A stretch of DNA of 64,000 nucleotides, taken from the human T2T-CHM13v2.0 reference genome, Homo sapiens. The stretch lies in assembly GCF_009914755.1 (NCBI RefSeq), contig NC_060925.1, one strand, 5' to 3'. A program made the position numbers and the translations under genes. Below, one piece after another: positions 33,904 to 53,250 of the stretch. The stretch's first letter is position 1. The number at the start of each line of letters is the position of its first letter. The notes beneath the pieces are model-generated. The model did not search any database, had not been told where the DNA came from, and worked only from the letters and a program-made list of their open reading frames with translations.

Positions 33904-34809
33904 CTAGCCCAAGGTCCCCACACTCCCACACACCATAGCAAACTCATGGCCCCGGCACTTTCCCACTCTATCACACTGCCTCAGCCAGGGTGCTCGTAAA
34001 ATTGCCCAACTTCTGTTGTAGTGAAGGAAACAAAGACCAGGTGAGGTCAGCCAGGGCGTCTGAAGTAGGAGGAGAAGTGGTTCCAGTGGACCCTGGTAAC
34101 ATGGAGTGAAAAGCCGCACCTGGGAAAAGGGTGTGAAACAACGGTCCTTATGAAGTTCAGCATGTGTTTCTTCACCAAGACCCTCCTCAGTGCACAACCA
34201 GGCCCGGGGCTTCTGGCATTTTAAACGTGGGGGCTTGGCTTCTGTAGCCAACCAGAGGGAGGTGCCAAAGCCTAACTGGTCTCAGCCCGGTCGGACCCAC
34301 CCAGGCAGTAGGGATTTGCCGAGCATCCGCCAGGTGCTCATGGCTGGTTCAAGGCTCATACCCTGGGATTTCCCACTTTCTTTCTTTTGCTTTTCTTGCT
34401 TCTTGCTGTTTCTGCCTGGAATGTCCTTTTTCTTTTGGTGGGGGGTGGCCAGGGCGGGGGCCGGTGGGGGCAGAGTCTTGCTCTGTCGCCCAGGCTGGAG
34501 TGCAATAGCGTGATCTCAGCTCACTGCACCCTCCGCCTCCTGGGCTCAAGTCATCCTCCCACCTCAGCCTCCTGAGTAGCTGGGACTATAGGCGGATGCC
34601 AGCAGGCCCAGCTAATTTTTGTATTTCTGGTAGAAGTGGGGTTTGGCCACGTTGCCCAAGCTGGTCTCAAACTCCTAAGCTCAAGCAGTCCTCCCACCTT
34701 GGCCTCCCAAAGTGCTGGGATCACAGGGTGGGCCACTGCACCTAGCCTGGTATGTCCTTTCTTGTCCAAATCTTTGTTGGACTTATAAATGCATTTAATA
34801 TGATATTTT

Positions 34810-36455
<1,646 letters not shown>

Positions 36456-38218
36456 AGATGCTTCTATTTATTTAAACTTTAACCTCTGTAGGTCAAATGG
36501 TAGTGATGGTACCCACCTTCACAGGGTTTTTGTGAGCATTAAATTAGACAAATGAAACACAGGCCCTGTCCCAGCGGAGATCATGGCATGTGGGCAGGGG
36601 TCGAGGGTGGGAGCCAGGGGACACTCAGGCAGTGATAAAACAAGGTGACTGGTGACACAGAGAGGGGAGCTGTGCAGTGTAGCAGTGGTCAGCAGTCCTG
36701 CAGCCAGCTTCTCAGCCACAGACATACTTACTGTGAGACCTGGGCACATGACTTCACCTCCCTCAGCCTCCTCTGTTTCCTCTTCTGTTAAATGGGCATG
36801 GATTCAATAACATCATACAGGTAGAGGGCTTAGCTCATGCCTGGCATGTCACAAGGGCTCCATCAATGACAGTTTTCAGTGTTCCATCAAATCTTACATA
36901 CGTGCAATTGTAGGATGCACCACCACCTATTAAACCACCACCGCATTCATTGTAAGACGTATCTGACTTTAGAGAGGTCAAAATACAGGGGAAAAAAGTC
37001 TTAAATTTCACTATATCCAGTGTCATTATTCAGAAGGGTCTGGGACACTGAGGTAGGGCTCCTGAGTTAGCTCAGGGACACACTCATCCGTCACTCTCAA
37101 TTTCTTCGTCTCTGTCCCTCTCTCTGGCCTTCTCTTCGTTTTCTGAGCCTTCCACTAGGTGGCACCCGGGCCTGGGTGCCTGCTGTGGAGCTGATGCCCT
37201 GAGGTCAGTCCTGCCCCTCCGGCTTCTCCATGCTTTCTTCCCCTTTCCTTTTTCCTCCTCCCCACCTTTTATCCTGCAAGTGGGAGGCTTTGATTCAGTG
37301 CTCAGAGGTTCCCTGTAGGATTGCAGAACTTGAAGAACAGCTACAGGGCTCCTGCCGTCCACTGGCTCCAGCCCATCCCAAGCGGGAATTCCTTCCCAGC
37401 AAGTCCCCAGCTCTCACTTGCATACCTTCAGTGGCAGGAAACTCACTACTTCATGAGGATCCCGTTCCATCGTGGTCATGCACTTGGGCTCTGAAGACGC
37501 TCCCCCGAGGGTCCTAGGGAACCCACTTTCTAGTCCTTCAACAGCAGGCGACTTGGGCCTTTGTCTACTTTGTGTACTGGGGAGTCCCCAAGGCCTGGCA
37601 CAGGCGAGGCATTGAGTGAATGAATGACAGTCAATGAACACACTCAGTTGTTCTGTGCATCTGTTTCATTACCTGTGAAACAGGGTTAATAATAGTATTT
37701 ACCTCATAAGGCTGTGAGGATTAAATGAGACAGGACCTCTAAACAGGTTTAGTGCCATGCCTGGTACATAATAAATCCTCAGCAAATATTGTTTTCCTCT
37801 TATTTTTTCTCTTCTTTAATAGCTACAGATAGCTCTACTCTTTTTTTCTTTTTTTTTTGACGTGGAGTTTCGCTCTTGTTGCCCAAGCTAGAGTGCAGTG
37901 GTGTGATATTGGCTCACCGCAACCTCCACCTCCCAGGTTCAAGTTATTCTCCTGCCTTAGCCTCCTGAATAGCTGGGATTACAGGCATGTGCCACCATGC
38001 CCAGCTAATTTTTGTATTTTTAGTACAGATGGGGTTTCTCCATGTTGCTCAGGCTGGTCTCCAACTCCCGACCTCAGATGATCCGCTGGCCTTGGCCTCC
38101 CAAAGTGCTGGGATTACAGGTGTGAGCCACCACACCTGGCTGCCATAGCTCTGCTCTTATTATCTGAAAGATCTGTTTTAGAGCAAAGTGATTCTGATTT
38201 TTTTTTTTTTTTTTTTAG

Positions 38219-38511
<293 letters not shown>

Positions 38512-39213
38512 TAAAATTTTCACACAGGCTGGGTGCGGTGGCTCCCACCTGTAATTCCAGCACTGAGCCCTTACTGCATCTCATTAATTCTTCCACCTGT
38601 GTTCCTGGGCATTCTTCTCCCATTTTATAGATGAAGGAACCAAGGCACACAAAGGTCACATAGGCTGGGCGCGGTGGCTCACGCCTGTAATCCTAGCACT
38701 TTAGAAGGCCAAGGCAGGCATATTGCTTGAGCCCAGGAGTTTGAGGCCAGCCTTGGTAACATGGAGAAACCCCATCTCTACAAAAAAATTAGCCAGGCGT
38801 GATGGCACGCACCTGTAGTCCCAGCTACTCTGGGAGCTGAGGCAGGAAGATCTCCTGAGCCTGGGAGGCAGAATCTGTCTCAAAAAAAAAGAAAGTCACA
38901 TAGCTGGTGAGCAATAGAACCAGGATTTAGATCTTGTCTGTCTGACTCCAGAACCCACCCCTTCACCTCTAAGCCTTATTAGTAGAGACAGGGTTTCACC
39001 ATGTTGACCAGACTGGTCTCGAACTCCTAACCTCATGATCCACCCGCCTCAGCCTCCCAAAGTGCTGGGATTACAGGTGTGAGCCACCACGTGCCTGGCC
39101 TTTTTTTTTTTTTTTTTTGAGATGAAGTCTCACTCTGTCATCCAGGCTGGAGTGCAGTGACACAATCTTGGCTCACTGTGAGCCGGGTGTGGTGGCACGC
39201 ACCTGTAGTCTCA

Positions 39214-39532
<319 letters not shown>

Positions 39533-40355
39533 CTCTAGAGGATGTTCTGGGGCCTGTGGGGAATTTTCTGTTCTGAGCCTTCCACGTACTACCCCGATGT
39601 CATGGCTATTACATGGCTTCCCAGCATATGTTCCCTGTCTCTCCCACCATCAGAGCCATATTGGGCTCTACTGGAATTCTATGCTAGTGGGTGGGGTTGG
39701 TAGCACTCTTCCAGGGTGGGCTCTGATGACCCTGGAGGAGAAGCCATATGCATCCAATCTCTCTAGTCACAGAAATGAACACTACCTCAGTCAGAGCCAA
39801 GGATTTGCCAAGAGAAGTCAGTGGAGCTTTTTGAGGGAGAGAAGCTGCTTTTCATTTCTACAGGAGTACTGGAAGAGGTACTCTCTTTCCCTGGACAGTG
39901 TGTTAAGGGGATGTGAGAGCTAGAGATGCAGTAGCTCTTATTCCCAAAAATTTCTGTTGAGAATGAAGTCAACATACAGAGGAAGGCAGAGCCCAGAGAC
40001 TTCAAGAAGAAAAAGAACCTAGGCCAGGCACAGTGGTTCACACCTGCAATCCCAGCACTTTGGGAGGACAAGGCGGGAGGATCGTTTCAGCTTGTGTTCA
40101 AGACAAGCCTGGGCAACATTGTGAGACCTCTTCTCTACTAAAAAAAAAAAATCTTTTTTTATTAGCCAGTTACTTGGTCCCAGTTACTTGGGAGTCTGAG
40201 ATGGGTGGATCACTTTAGCCCAGGAGAATCGCTTGAATAGAGGCTGCAATGAGCCGTGATTGCACCACTGCACTCCAGCCTGGGCAACAGAAGGAGACCC
40301 TGTCTCCAAAATAAGAAAAAAAGAAAACAATGAAAGAAGAAATAGAACCTAGTCT

Positions 40356-41200
<845 letters not shown>

Positions 41201-43547
41201 GTAGTGACGCCACTCGAGCTGCTGGAGGAAGCCCTCACCTGAGGACTCACCTCGAATCCAGTTAATTCCCCTTATGGTGAAGCCAGTTTGACCTAGGTTT
41301 TCTAAGTCATACCATTCAAAGAATGATTTTTATCTTCCTCATCTTATCCTCCAGATCTGCCTTGTCTGACTATGCTCCTTTTATGGGCAGTGGTGGGAGC
41401 TGGGCCCAGACTCTAGGGGAGGAAGGGTGGACCCTTCTCACCTTCTCAGTCTTTGGTCCTATTTTTTTTCTTTTTTTTTGAAAAGGGGTCTCACTTTGTC
41501 ACCCAGGCTGGAGTGCAGTGGAGCTATCATGGCTCACTTGCAGCCTCAACCTCCCAGGCTCAGATGATTCTCTCACTTCAGCGTCTCAAGTAGTTGGGAC
41601 TACAGTCTCACACCACCATATCTGGCTAATTTTTTTGTATTTTTAATATAGATGGGTTTTCGCCATGTTGCCCAGGCTGGTCTCGAATTCTTGGGCTCAA
41701 GCAATCCTCCTGCCTCAGTCTCCCCAAGTGCTGGCATTATAGGCGTAAGCCACCACATTTGGCCTTGGTCCTTTTTTTTTGTTTTTTTTTTTTGTTTGTT
41801 TTTGTTTTTGAGATGGAATCTCACTCTGTTGCCCAGGCTGGAGTGCAGTGGTGCGATCTCGGCTCACTGCAAGCTCCCCCTCCTGGGTTCACGCCATTCT
41901 CCTGCCTCAGCCTCCGAGTAGCTGGGACTACAGGTGCCCACCGCCACTCCTGGCTAATTTTTTGTATTTTTAGTAGAGACGGGGTTTAACCGTGTAAGCC
42001 AGGATGGTCTCAATCTCCTGACCTCGTGATCTGCCCACTCGGCCTCCCAAAGTGCTGTGATTACAGGTGTGAGCCACCAAGCCCGGCCTAATTTTTGTAT
42101 TTTTAGTAGAGACGGGGTTCCACCATGTTGGCCAGGCTGGTCTCGAACTCCTGAACTCAGGTGGTCTGCCCACCTTGGCCTTCCAAAGTGCTGGATTACA
42201 GGTGTGAGCCACCATGCTCAGCCTTGGTCCTTTATACTACAAGCCTGGGCAACATAGTGGGTACACACTACTGTCCCATGGCCACCAGTGATGCTGGGTA
42301 CAGGAAAACCACATTGTTCTATGGACTCCTGACCATGGTACTCATCCTTCCACTGGCCACTCCTGCTAAGACATGGCTTTTCCATCCTGTAATTGCCCTT
42401 AAACATTGGGCAACAATTTCCAGGTCTCTCTGGGTCAGTCCCTTCGGGGGAAGGAAGACAGAGGAATCATGTGGCCAGGTGGGAAGAGCTCTGGGCCAGC
42501 TTCCACTCAGCCTTGCTGTGTGACCTTGAGGAAGTCCCTGCTCCTCTCTGGGCCACAGTTTCCTCCTTTTTGAATGCAGAAGGTTGTATTAACATATCTG
42601 AGGATGCTTTGGGGTTTTCTTAGTTCACTTCTGTCCAGAGAAGATGATGAAATTTTAGGAGCAGCCTCACTTCCAACACACCGGGTCTTGCGTGGTCATT
42701 CATACCCCGGCAGAGAAAAAGCTGCATACTTCATGCCCTTTGCCCTTCACCATCTCATCTGATCCTCCCAGCAGCCAGCAAGGACACGGGGCAAGGCACT
42801 GGAGGCAACAGAGGCTCAGCAGCAAGACAGGGTACGTGCAGAGAGCTGCGGGACAGACGTGGCCTCACCAGCAGGACCCGTGATTAAACAGCAGCTGTGG
42901 TTCACTAAGTGCTTTCTGCTTATTATGTGCCAAGTACTTCACATGTGGCTGCTTTGTGTCATTCTCACATCAAACCTGATGGGTGGTTACTATAATTATC
43001 TCCTTTTACAGATAAGGAAACTGAAGCCCAGAGGGGTGGAGTAACTAGTCCAGCAAAAGTAAGCCATGTAACTGGGATTCAAATTCAGCTTGAACATCTC
43101 AGCACTCATCTGTTTTCGATCACATAACACTCCCTCTAGGCATTCACAGGAGCTCAAGGATAGGAGTAGGGAGGGGAAAGCTAGGAGTCCGAAGACTTGA
43201 GGGGCCAGGCATGGTGGCATGCACCTGTAATCCCAGCATTTTAGGAGGCTGAGGTGGGAGGATGGCTTGAGCCCAAGAGATCAAGGTTGCAGTGAGCCGT
43301 GATCGTGCCACTGCACTCCAGCCTGGGAAACAGAGAAAGACTATGTCTTGGAAATGGTAGAGGACCTTTAAAAAATAAAGAATAAAAAAGTACAAAACCA
43401 AAGACTTGCGCAGATGCGGTGGCTCACGCCTGTAATCCCAGCACATCAAGAGGTCGAGGCGAATGGATCACCTGAGGTCAGGAGTTTGAGACCAGCCTGG
43501 CCAACCTTGTGAAACCTCGTCTCTACTAAGAATACCAAAATTTGTCA

Positions 43548-43706
<159 letters not shown>

Positions 43707-45544
43707 TCAAAACAAAGCAAAACAAAACAAAAACAAAGACTTAGGTTCACGAACAAACTCTGAACACTTACTAATTCTAAGGCCAGGGTAAATCTTTCAT
43801 CTTGCTCAGCCTCAGTTTCCTTATCTGTAAAATGGGGATCATAATTTGTCATCCAAATTGTGAGGATTGGGTAAAAACATTTTTAATAAGGGCATGTATG
43901 TGAGCATCCCCCATGTATGGCAAAGAAGTTGTCTAAATTTAAGAGGTTGTTGTTTTTCTTAATCTCAGAGCAGGAGCCAGGGCAGGAAGTAGGCAGGCTG
44001 ATTAGGGCGGCCAAGTGTCCCTGCCCAAGAGTGACTACTTCCGTCCCTGGTGTTCTTCATTAAGTCCCCAGGAAAGGAGGAGGGTGGGCCGGAAGAAAGG
44101 GCAAAGCTCTAGGTCCTTATCTAGAACTCTGCCTCCATGCAAGAGCCCTCCAAGGGAAGAGAAGTTCTGGATTATCACCACTGAGCTCCAAGCATGCCAG
44201 AGGGCTCAGCAGGGAGAAAGTCTGTCAGCGCCTGACCCAGCAACAGCTGGAGAGAGGCCTGGATGGGTAGGTTGCATGCCTCCCCCTCAGCCTGTGTCAT
44301 GGCCCTGCCCTGGCCTCATGGTCCAGGACTCAGTCCCCATAGCCTGTCCTACCAAGGGGAACACCAGACTCCAGCACTGCGATGCACAAATGCCAAACCC
44401 TCCCAAGGGGCAGCTTTGGCAAGTGACTGGAACTGGAGTCAGGAGGCGCCGGCTCTTGTTCTGGTTTTGTCCCTTCTCCTCGCTGGGTATCAGCATCCCT
44501 ACTGTGGAATAAGGGACATTCCCTCGAGGGCATTTACATAGTGTGGATCTGGCGTACCACTTGCTACCCCTGCCACAAAGTGTTGTTCCTTGTGCCTTCT
44601 TCCTGGGCTGCTGGAGAAAAGGCTCATGCCACATGTGCTGCCCTCTCTGGGTGTGGTCAACAGCTCCCCAGCCCAGGACACTCAAGTGTGACACCCAGAT
44701 GACACTCAAGTCATCTGTGTCATTTTCTGTTTCTGGTGCTTCCTGAATTCCAGTTCTTTCTTGTTCCCAAGTAGATGGAGAGCTCCCTGAGGACAAGCAA
44801 CTGGGGTCTCCTTACCCCTCCCCAAGAACTAGGGCTTAGCACAGAGTAGACCCTCAGGGCTGGTTAGCAGCTGTGCTGTTGGGCCATCCTTGAGGCCCTT
44901 GATGAACATGGCCTCCATCACCAGTGCCTGTTGCAGCGTTCTGGCCACACAGGGAGGAACCCCAGTTTCTGCTCCTGGTTCTGCTCAACTCAGTCTGCAG
45001 GACTTTAGGCAAGGCTCTGTCAAAAGCATCTGTGGTTTTTCAAAATGTGCCAGGTGGAGGCCAGGCGTGAAGTGGATAATCCTCAGGGGCAGATGGGGAC
45101 TGGTACTCCAGCCCTCACCCCACCATCCAGAGCTGCTCCATTCTTAGCTTTTAGCTTTTACACACTGGGATTCCACAATAGTGACTTCGCAGCTTCACAG
45201 AGGTAAAATTGACATACAATAAACTGACATATTGACATAAAATAAACTGACACATTGAGCATGTAAAATATACTTTTTTTTTTTTTTTTTAAAGACAGAG
45301 TCACACTCTGTTGCCCAGGCTAGACAGTGGCGCAATCTCTGCTCACTGCAGCCTCTGCCTCCTGGGTTCAAGTGATTCTCCAGCCTCAGCCTCCGGAGCA
45401 GCTGGGATTACAGGCATCCGCCACCATACCTGGCTAATTTATTTGTTTTTTTGTTTGTTTTTGTTTTAGAGACGGAGTTTCGCTCTGTCGCCCGGCTGGA
45501 GTGCAGTGGCACAATCTCAGCTCACTGCAACCTCCGCCTCCTGG

Positions 45545-46321
45545 TATCCGGAATTGGTTCTTTGCGGTGGGTTCTTGCTCTGCTGACTTCCAAGAATGAA
45601 GCCGCGGACCCTTGCAGTGAGTGTTACAATTCTTAAAGATGGTGTGTCCAGAGTTTGCTCCTTCAGATGTTCAGATGTGTCTGGAGTTTCTTCCTGCCAG
45701 TGGGTTCGTGGTCTTGCTGACTTCAGAAGTGAAGCCGCAGACCTTTGCAGTGAGTGTTACAGCTCTTAAAGGTGGTGTTTCCAGAGGCGTTTGTTCCTTC
45801 CAGTGGGTTCATGATCCCGCTGACTTCAGGAGCGAAGCTACAGACCCTCACAGTGAGTGTTACAGCTTTTAAAGGTAGACTGGATCCAAAGACTAAGCAG
45901 CAGCAAGATTTATTGCAAAGAGCAAAAAAACAAATCTTCTACAGCAAGGAGAGAAACCCAAACAGGTTACCGCTGGGAGCTCAGGTGGCCAGCTTTTATT
46001 CCATTACTTGGCCTCGCCCATGTCCTGATGATTGGTCCATTTTACAGAGCACTGATTGGTCCATTTTACAGAGTGCTGATTGGTCCATTTTTACAGAGTG
46101 CTGATTGGTGTGTTTTTACAGAGTGCTGATTGGTGCGTTTACAAACCGTTGGCTAGACACAGAGCTCTGATTGGTGTGTTTTTACAGAGTGCTGATTGGT
46201 GTGTTTACAAACCTTTAGCTAGACACAGAGCGCTGATTGGTGTGTTTACAATCCTGTAGCTAGACAGAAAAGTTCTCCAAGTCCCCACCTGATCCAGAAA
46301 CCCAGCTGCCTTCACCTCTCA
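45545..46321 (-). mobile_element. LTR12 (ERV9) solo LTR inserted within an Alu
   Basis: tccggaattgg...gaatgaagccgcggaccc...gtgagtgttacagctcttaaaggtgg, eight GATTGG units, ...cttcacctctca; flanks ctgg/ccgg. Confidence 0.9.
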
Positions 46322-46949
46322 CCGGGTTCAAGTGATTCTCTTGCTTCAGCCTCCTGAGTAGCTGGGACTATAGGCGCCTGCCACCATTCCTGGCTAATTT
46401 TTTGTATTTTTAGTGGAGATGGGGTTTCACCATGTTAGCCAGGATGGTCTCAATCTCCTGACCTCCTGATCCGCCCACCTCAGCCTCCCAAAATTTCTTT
46501 GTATTTTAGTAGAGACAGGGTTTCACCATGTTGGCCAGGCTGGTCTCAAACTCCTGACCTCAAGTATTCTGCCCTCCTCAGCCTCCCAAAGTGCTGGGAT
46601 TACAGGCATGAGCCACGGTGCCTGGTTAATTTGATAAGTTTTGACACATAGACACACCAGTGAAACCATCAACACAATGAAGATGGTGAGCACATCCTTC
46701 ACCCTCAAAAGTTTCTTCATGTCCTGGCACCACAGCTCATGCCTGTAATCCCAGCACTTTGAGAGGCTGAGACAGGAGGATCGTTTGAGAATAGGAGTTT
46801 GAGACCAGCCTGGGCAACATGGCAAAACCTCATCTCTACAAAAAAATACAAAAATTAGCTCGGCGTGGTGGTGCGAGTGCACACCTGTAGTTCCAGTTAC
46901 CTGGGAGACTGAGGTGGGAGGATCACCTGAGCCCAAGAGGTCAAGGCTA

Positions 46950-47330
<381 letters not shown>

Positions 47331-47577
47331 TTAATTCCTTTCTACCTTCCATTGCCCAGGAACCACGATGTGGCTCTGTCACTCTATATCAGTTTATATT
47401 TTCTAGAATATTATGGAAATGGAATCACAGCATGCACTCTTTTTTGCCCAGCTTCCTTCACTCAGCATTATTAATTTGAGATTCACCTCCCTTGGCCCAT
47501 GTATCAATAGTTCATTCCTTTTTAATGCTGAATGGTATTCTGTTGCTAGGATATACCACAGATGGTTTCTCCATTGA

Positions 47578-47988
<411 letters not shown>

Positions 47989-49696
47989 TGAAAAAAAAAA
48001 AAAAAAAAAGCTGGAGAAGATGGTCCCTGAAGTCACAGGCTTTTAAGGGCCTGGAAACTGTGGTGGGCCAAGGTGGGGCACCGAGGAGTAAGGGAACTGC
48101 CATTTTGAGCCTCTACTGAATGCACCTGCCCACATTCATTGATGTAATCACACCCCAGCTGGGAAGCAGGTGCCATTGTTATTCCCAGGATACAGACAAA
48201 GCAGCTGAGGCACAGACGAGTGACTGTAACTGTCTCATGACACACACGGAGGCCACAGCAGAGCCATGATTCAGACCCAAGGTCTGGCTGCCTCCAGGCC
48301 CAGGCTCAGGACCACCGCACACTCGTCACGAGAACCAGCACTGGTTCCTTGGCTTGCTTTGACCCCTTGTGTGGCTGAGGTTCATGCTTGTGGTGGTTCC
48401 CATGGTGCTGGGCCACAGGACGCACCTGGTCAAGACTTGGAAGCAGGATGGGGAGCTGGGGACAGAGGAGCAGCAGGAAGTGAGTCCGTCATGCAACTGA
48501 AGGGCATCTGGTTCCTGGCCAGACAGGGAATGGAAAGAGGGACCCCCCCTTATTTTTATTTATTTATTTTTGAGATGGAGTCTTCGCTCTGTCGCTCAGC
48601 CTGGAGTGCAGTGGCGCGATCTCAGCTCACTGCACCCTCCACTCCCGGGTTCAAGCAATTCTCCTGCCTCAGCCTCCCGAGTAGCTGGGACTACAGGTGC
48701 CCGCCACCTCACCTGGATAATTTTTGTATTTTTAGTAGAGATGGGGTTTCACCGTATTGGCCAAGCTGGTCTTGAGCTCCTGACCTTGTGATCCACCCGC
48801 CTTGGCCTCCCAAAGTGCTGGGATTACAGGCGTGAGGCACCGCACCCAGCTGAGTCCCCTTATTATGCAGGGATCTCTGGGCCTTTCGCTCAGTCTCTCC
48901 TATCACGTCCACAGTACCACTGTGAGGTGGAAATCATCATCTCCATTTCGTAGATGAGAAAACGGGGGCTCAGGAGGTTTGGGCAGGATTCTCTCAGCTT
49001 CCAGTAACAGAAAAGCCAACTGAAAATGGCTTAAATGATGAAGACACTGATCTGACAAGGAAGCCAAAATTTTAGGTCTGGGAACTTCTGGATCGTTAAC
49101 CCAGGGGCTCCACAGGGAAGGGATTTCGAGACTCATCCTCTTTCCCTCCTGGTGAGCTCCATCCTTTGCATATCAGCTCTTCCCTCCTTCTCAGCCCCAG
49201 AATGGCTGCTCTGCAGCGGTTTCAGGGGCCACGGGCCCACAGTGGCATTCAGAAACAAAGAGAACCCCATCCTCCCTTGTCACCCCTTTTAAGATGGAAG
49301 AGAACCCATCATTTCTTACTGGCCAGAATTGCCTAAACCAATCACTTGGTAAGGAAATGAGACCACCTCGGGTGGCCCAGACCCGCTGAGATCCACTTCC
49401 TGGGAAGAAGCTCTCCCGAAGGCCAGGGGTGCTGAGAGGAGGACAAACAGCATCCAGGTTTTGCCAGGCATAGCAGCTCACACTTGAGATCCCAGCTACT
49501 CAGGAGGCTGTGGCAGGAGGATCACTTGAGTCCAGGAAGTGGCGACTGCATTGATCTATGATTGTGCCACTGCACTCCAGCCTTGGTAACACAGCAAAAC
49601 CCCATCTCTAAAAAAAAAAAAAAAAAAAAAAAAAAAGGGGCGTGGTGGTTTACACCTGTAATCCCAGCACTTTGGGAGACCTAGGTGGGTGGATCA

Positions 49697-49997
<301 letters not shown>

Positions 49998-50488
49998 TCA
50001 AGATGTCCACGTGGTTAGAGGTGGATCTGTGGATCTGGGCCCTAAGACAGGCCTGGCCCTGTTATTCCCCTCTCTTTATTATCCCCATTTCTTTTTGTTT
50101 GTTTGTTTTGTTTTGTTTTTGAGATGGAGTCTCACTGTGTCACCCAGGCTGGAGTGCATTGGTGCAACCTCGGCTCACTGCAACCTCTGCCTGGCAGGTT
50201 CAAGCTATTCTCCTGCCTCAGCCTCCCAAGTAGCTGAGATTATAGGTGCCCGCCACCATACCTGGCTAATTTTTGTATTTTTAGTAGAGACGGGGTTTCA
50301 CCATGTTGGCCAGGCTGGTCTCAAACTCTTGACCTCAGGTGATCAGCCTGCCTCGGCCTCCAAAAGTGCTGGGATGACAGGTGTGAACCACTGTGCCCAG
50401 TCTATTATCCCAATTTCATAGAGGAGAAAATTGAGGCTCATATTATAGAATCTAGGAGGCTTCTTACCAACCCCAGAAGTCTGTGTAA

Positions 50489-50689
<201 letters not shown>

Positions 50690-52078
50690 TGAGTAGCTGG
50701 GATTACATGTGCCCGCCACCATGCTCGGCTTATTTTTCTATTTTTAGCAGGGACAGGGTTTCACCATGTTGCCCAGGCTGGTCTTGAACTCCTGGCCTCA
50801 AGTGACCTGCCCGCCTCAGCCTCGCAAAGTGCTGAGATTACAGGCATAAGCCACCATGCCCAGCCATCAGATGCTATTAAAATCTCCATTTTACAGAGGA
50901 AGACACAGAGGCACAGAGAATAAGAAGCTTGCCTGAGGCTACACAGCCAGAAAGTGGTGGTGCTGGTATTTGAACCCTGCCTGGTATTCCAGGATCCCAT
51001 CATGCCAGGTCAAGCGGGAAGCCCAGACTGGTGAGTCAAAGGACAGGTGGGGCAGCCCCCAGCCAAACAGAGAGAGTTGAGTAGCAACAGGCGAAGGCCA
51101 GCTGTTTGAGAGGCCCACTAGCTGGGAATGGGGCTGGGGCCAGGCCAGCTGGCAGGCCCAGCTGAACCTGCAACATGAGCCCAGGAACCATCACTACCCA
51201 CCCACCGTGCCTCTCGAGTTCCCAGTCTCCTGCTCAGCCCCCTCCAGGAGCCTGAAGTACAGATTCAGGTTTGATGGGCAACAAGTGCTCGCAGGACAGC
51301 TCAGCAAACCACATGCGCTGACAGCCCAGAGGCACCTCAAAGAGTTTTTGGTCCAATGCTCCAAAAATGCTCATTTTCCAGACAGGGAAACTGAGGCATG
51401 CATAAAATATTTTGTTTTTGTCTGTCTTATTCACTGCTTCATTCCATCTCCCAAAACAATGCTTGGCACATAGTAGGTACTCAGTAAATATTTGTAGAAT
51501 GACTGACTCATGAATGAATGTGGTTTTTCCAAGGCACTTAGCATTGCACAGGGGCAAAGGCTCATACAATAGAAAGCTGGCTGTCGGGAACAAAGCCTCT
51601 TCTCCTCCAACCCCTCAAGTCAAATGGGAAGACTGGGGGGCTCAGAGTAAAGAGTCCACAATCAAGGATATACCCTCACAAGGAAAACAGGCTCTCGTAG
51701 GCACACAGCATTTAATCCATTTCCCCCAATACCTAGACACACACACACGCATGCCTCACTTTAGTTACAAGGGCAGCAGAACCCATTCACTCTGTTTAAG
51801 CATAAATGGGGAAGGGGGAATTTACTGGCAGGATCCCTGTGCAACCCAAGGGCAGGAAACTCAGCCAGTGCTCCCAAACGGGCCAGAAACAAACACAGAA
51901 AGTTTTTTTTTTAAATGACATTATGGGCCGGGTGCGGTGGCTCACACCTGTAATCCCAGCACTTTGGGAGGCCAAGGCAGGTGGATCACGAGGTCAGGAG
52001 TTCAAGACCAGCCTGGCCAAGATGGTGAAACCCGGTCTCTAATAAAAATACAAAAATTAGGCCGGGTGTGGTGGCTCA

Positions 52079-52487
<409 letters not shown>

Positions 52488-52659
52488 CTAGGTGACAGAG
52501 TGAGACTCTGTCTCAAAAAAAAAAAAAATGACATTACGGGTTGGACACAGTGGCTCACACCTATAATCCCAGCACTTTGGGAGGCCAAGGCAGGTGGATC
52601 ACTTGAGGTCAGGAATTGGAGACCAGCCTGGCCAACATTATGAAATCCCGTCTCTACTA

Positions 52660-52965
<306 letters not shown>

Positions 52966-53197
52966 TTATAGGTCCTCTTGGTTCAAACACCCAACAGAGA
53001 CTGGGTGTCTGGATCTCAATCACACATTCTCAGCAGAGGGAACCTGACTGGCTGGCTGGTCTTGGGAGCCGTGGGGGTCTAGGGGCCACCGCCCACCACT
53101 CAGGGCTGTGGGGGCAGACTCAGAGAGGGGTGTGGTTGTGGAGGGTGGGAAGAAATGAGGCCTGCCCAGGCCCAGCAGCTTGTCTAATTCCTTTCAA

Positions 53198-53216
53198 CCC
53201 GCCCCCTCCCGCCGCC

Positions 53217-53249
<33 letters not shown>
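53198..53249. repeat. C-rich tract with a ~32-nt pure poly-C run
   Basis: Read directly from the sequence. Confidence 0.95.

Positions 53250-53250
<1 letters not shown>

Noticed and set aside
44015-44796. Overlapping 165-169 aa ORFs on both strands in unique sequence
   Set aside because: No recognisable protein similarity or exon structure; expected by chance in GC-richer DNA.
46025-46265. Regularly spaced ~24-41 nt repeats that superficially resemble a CRISPR array
   Set aside because: They are the tandem CCAAT repeats of the LTR12 U3 region, with no unique spacers, in eukaryotic DNA.
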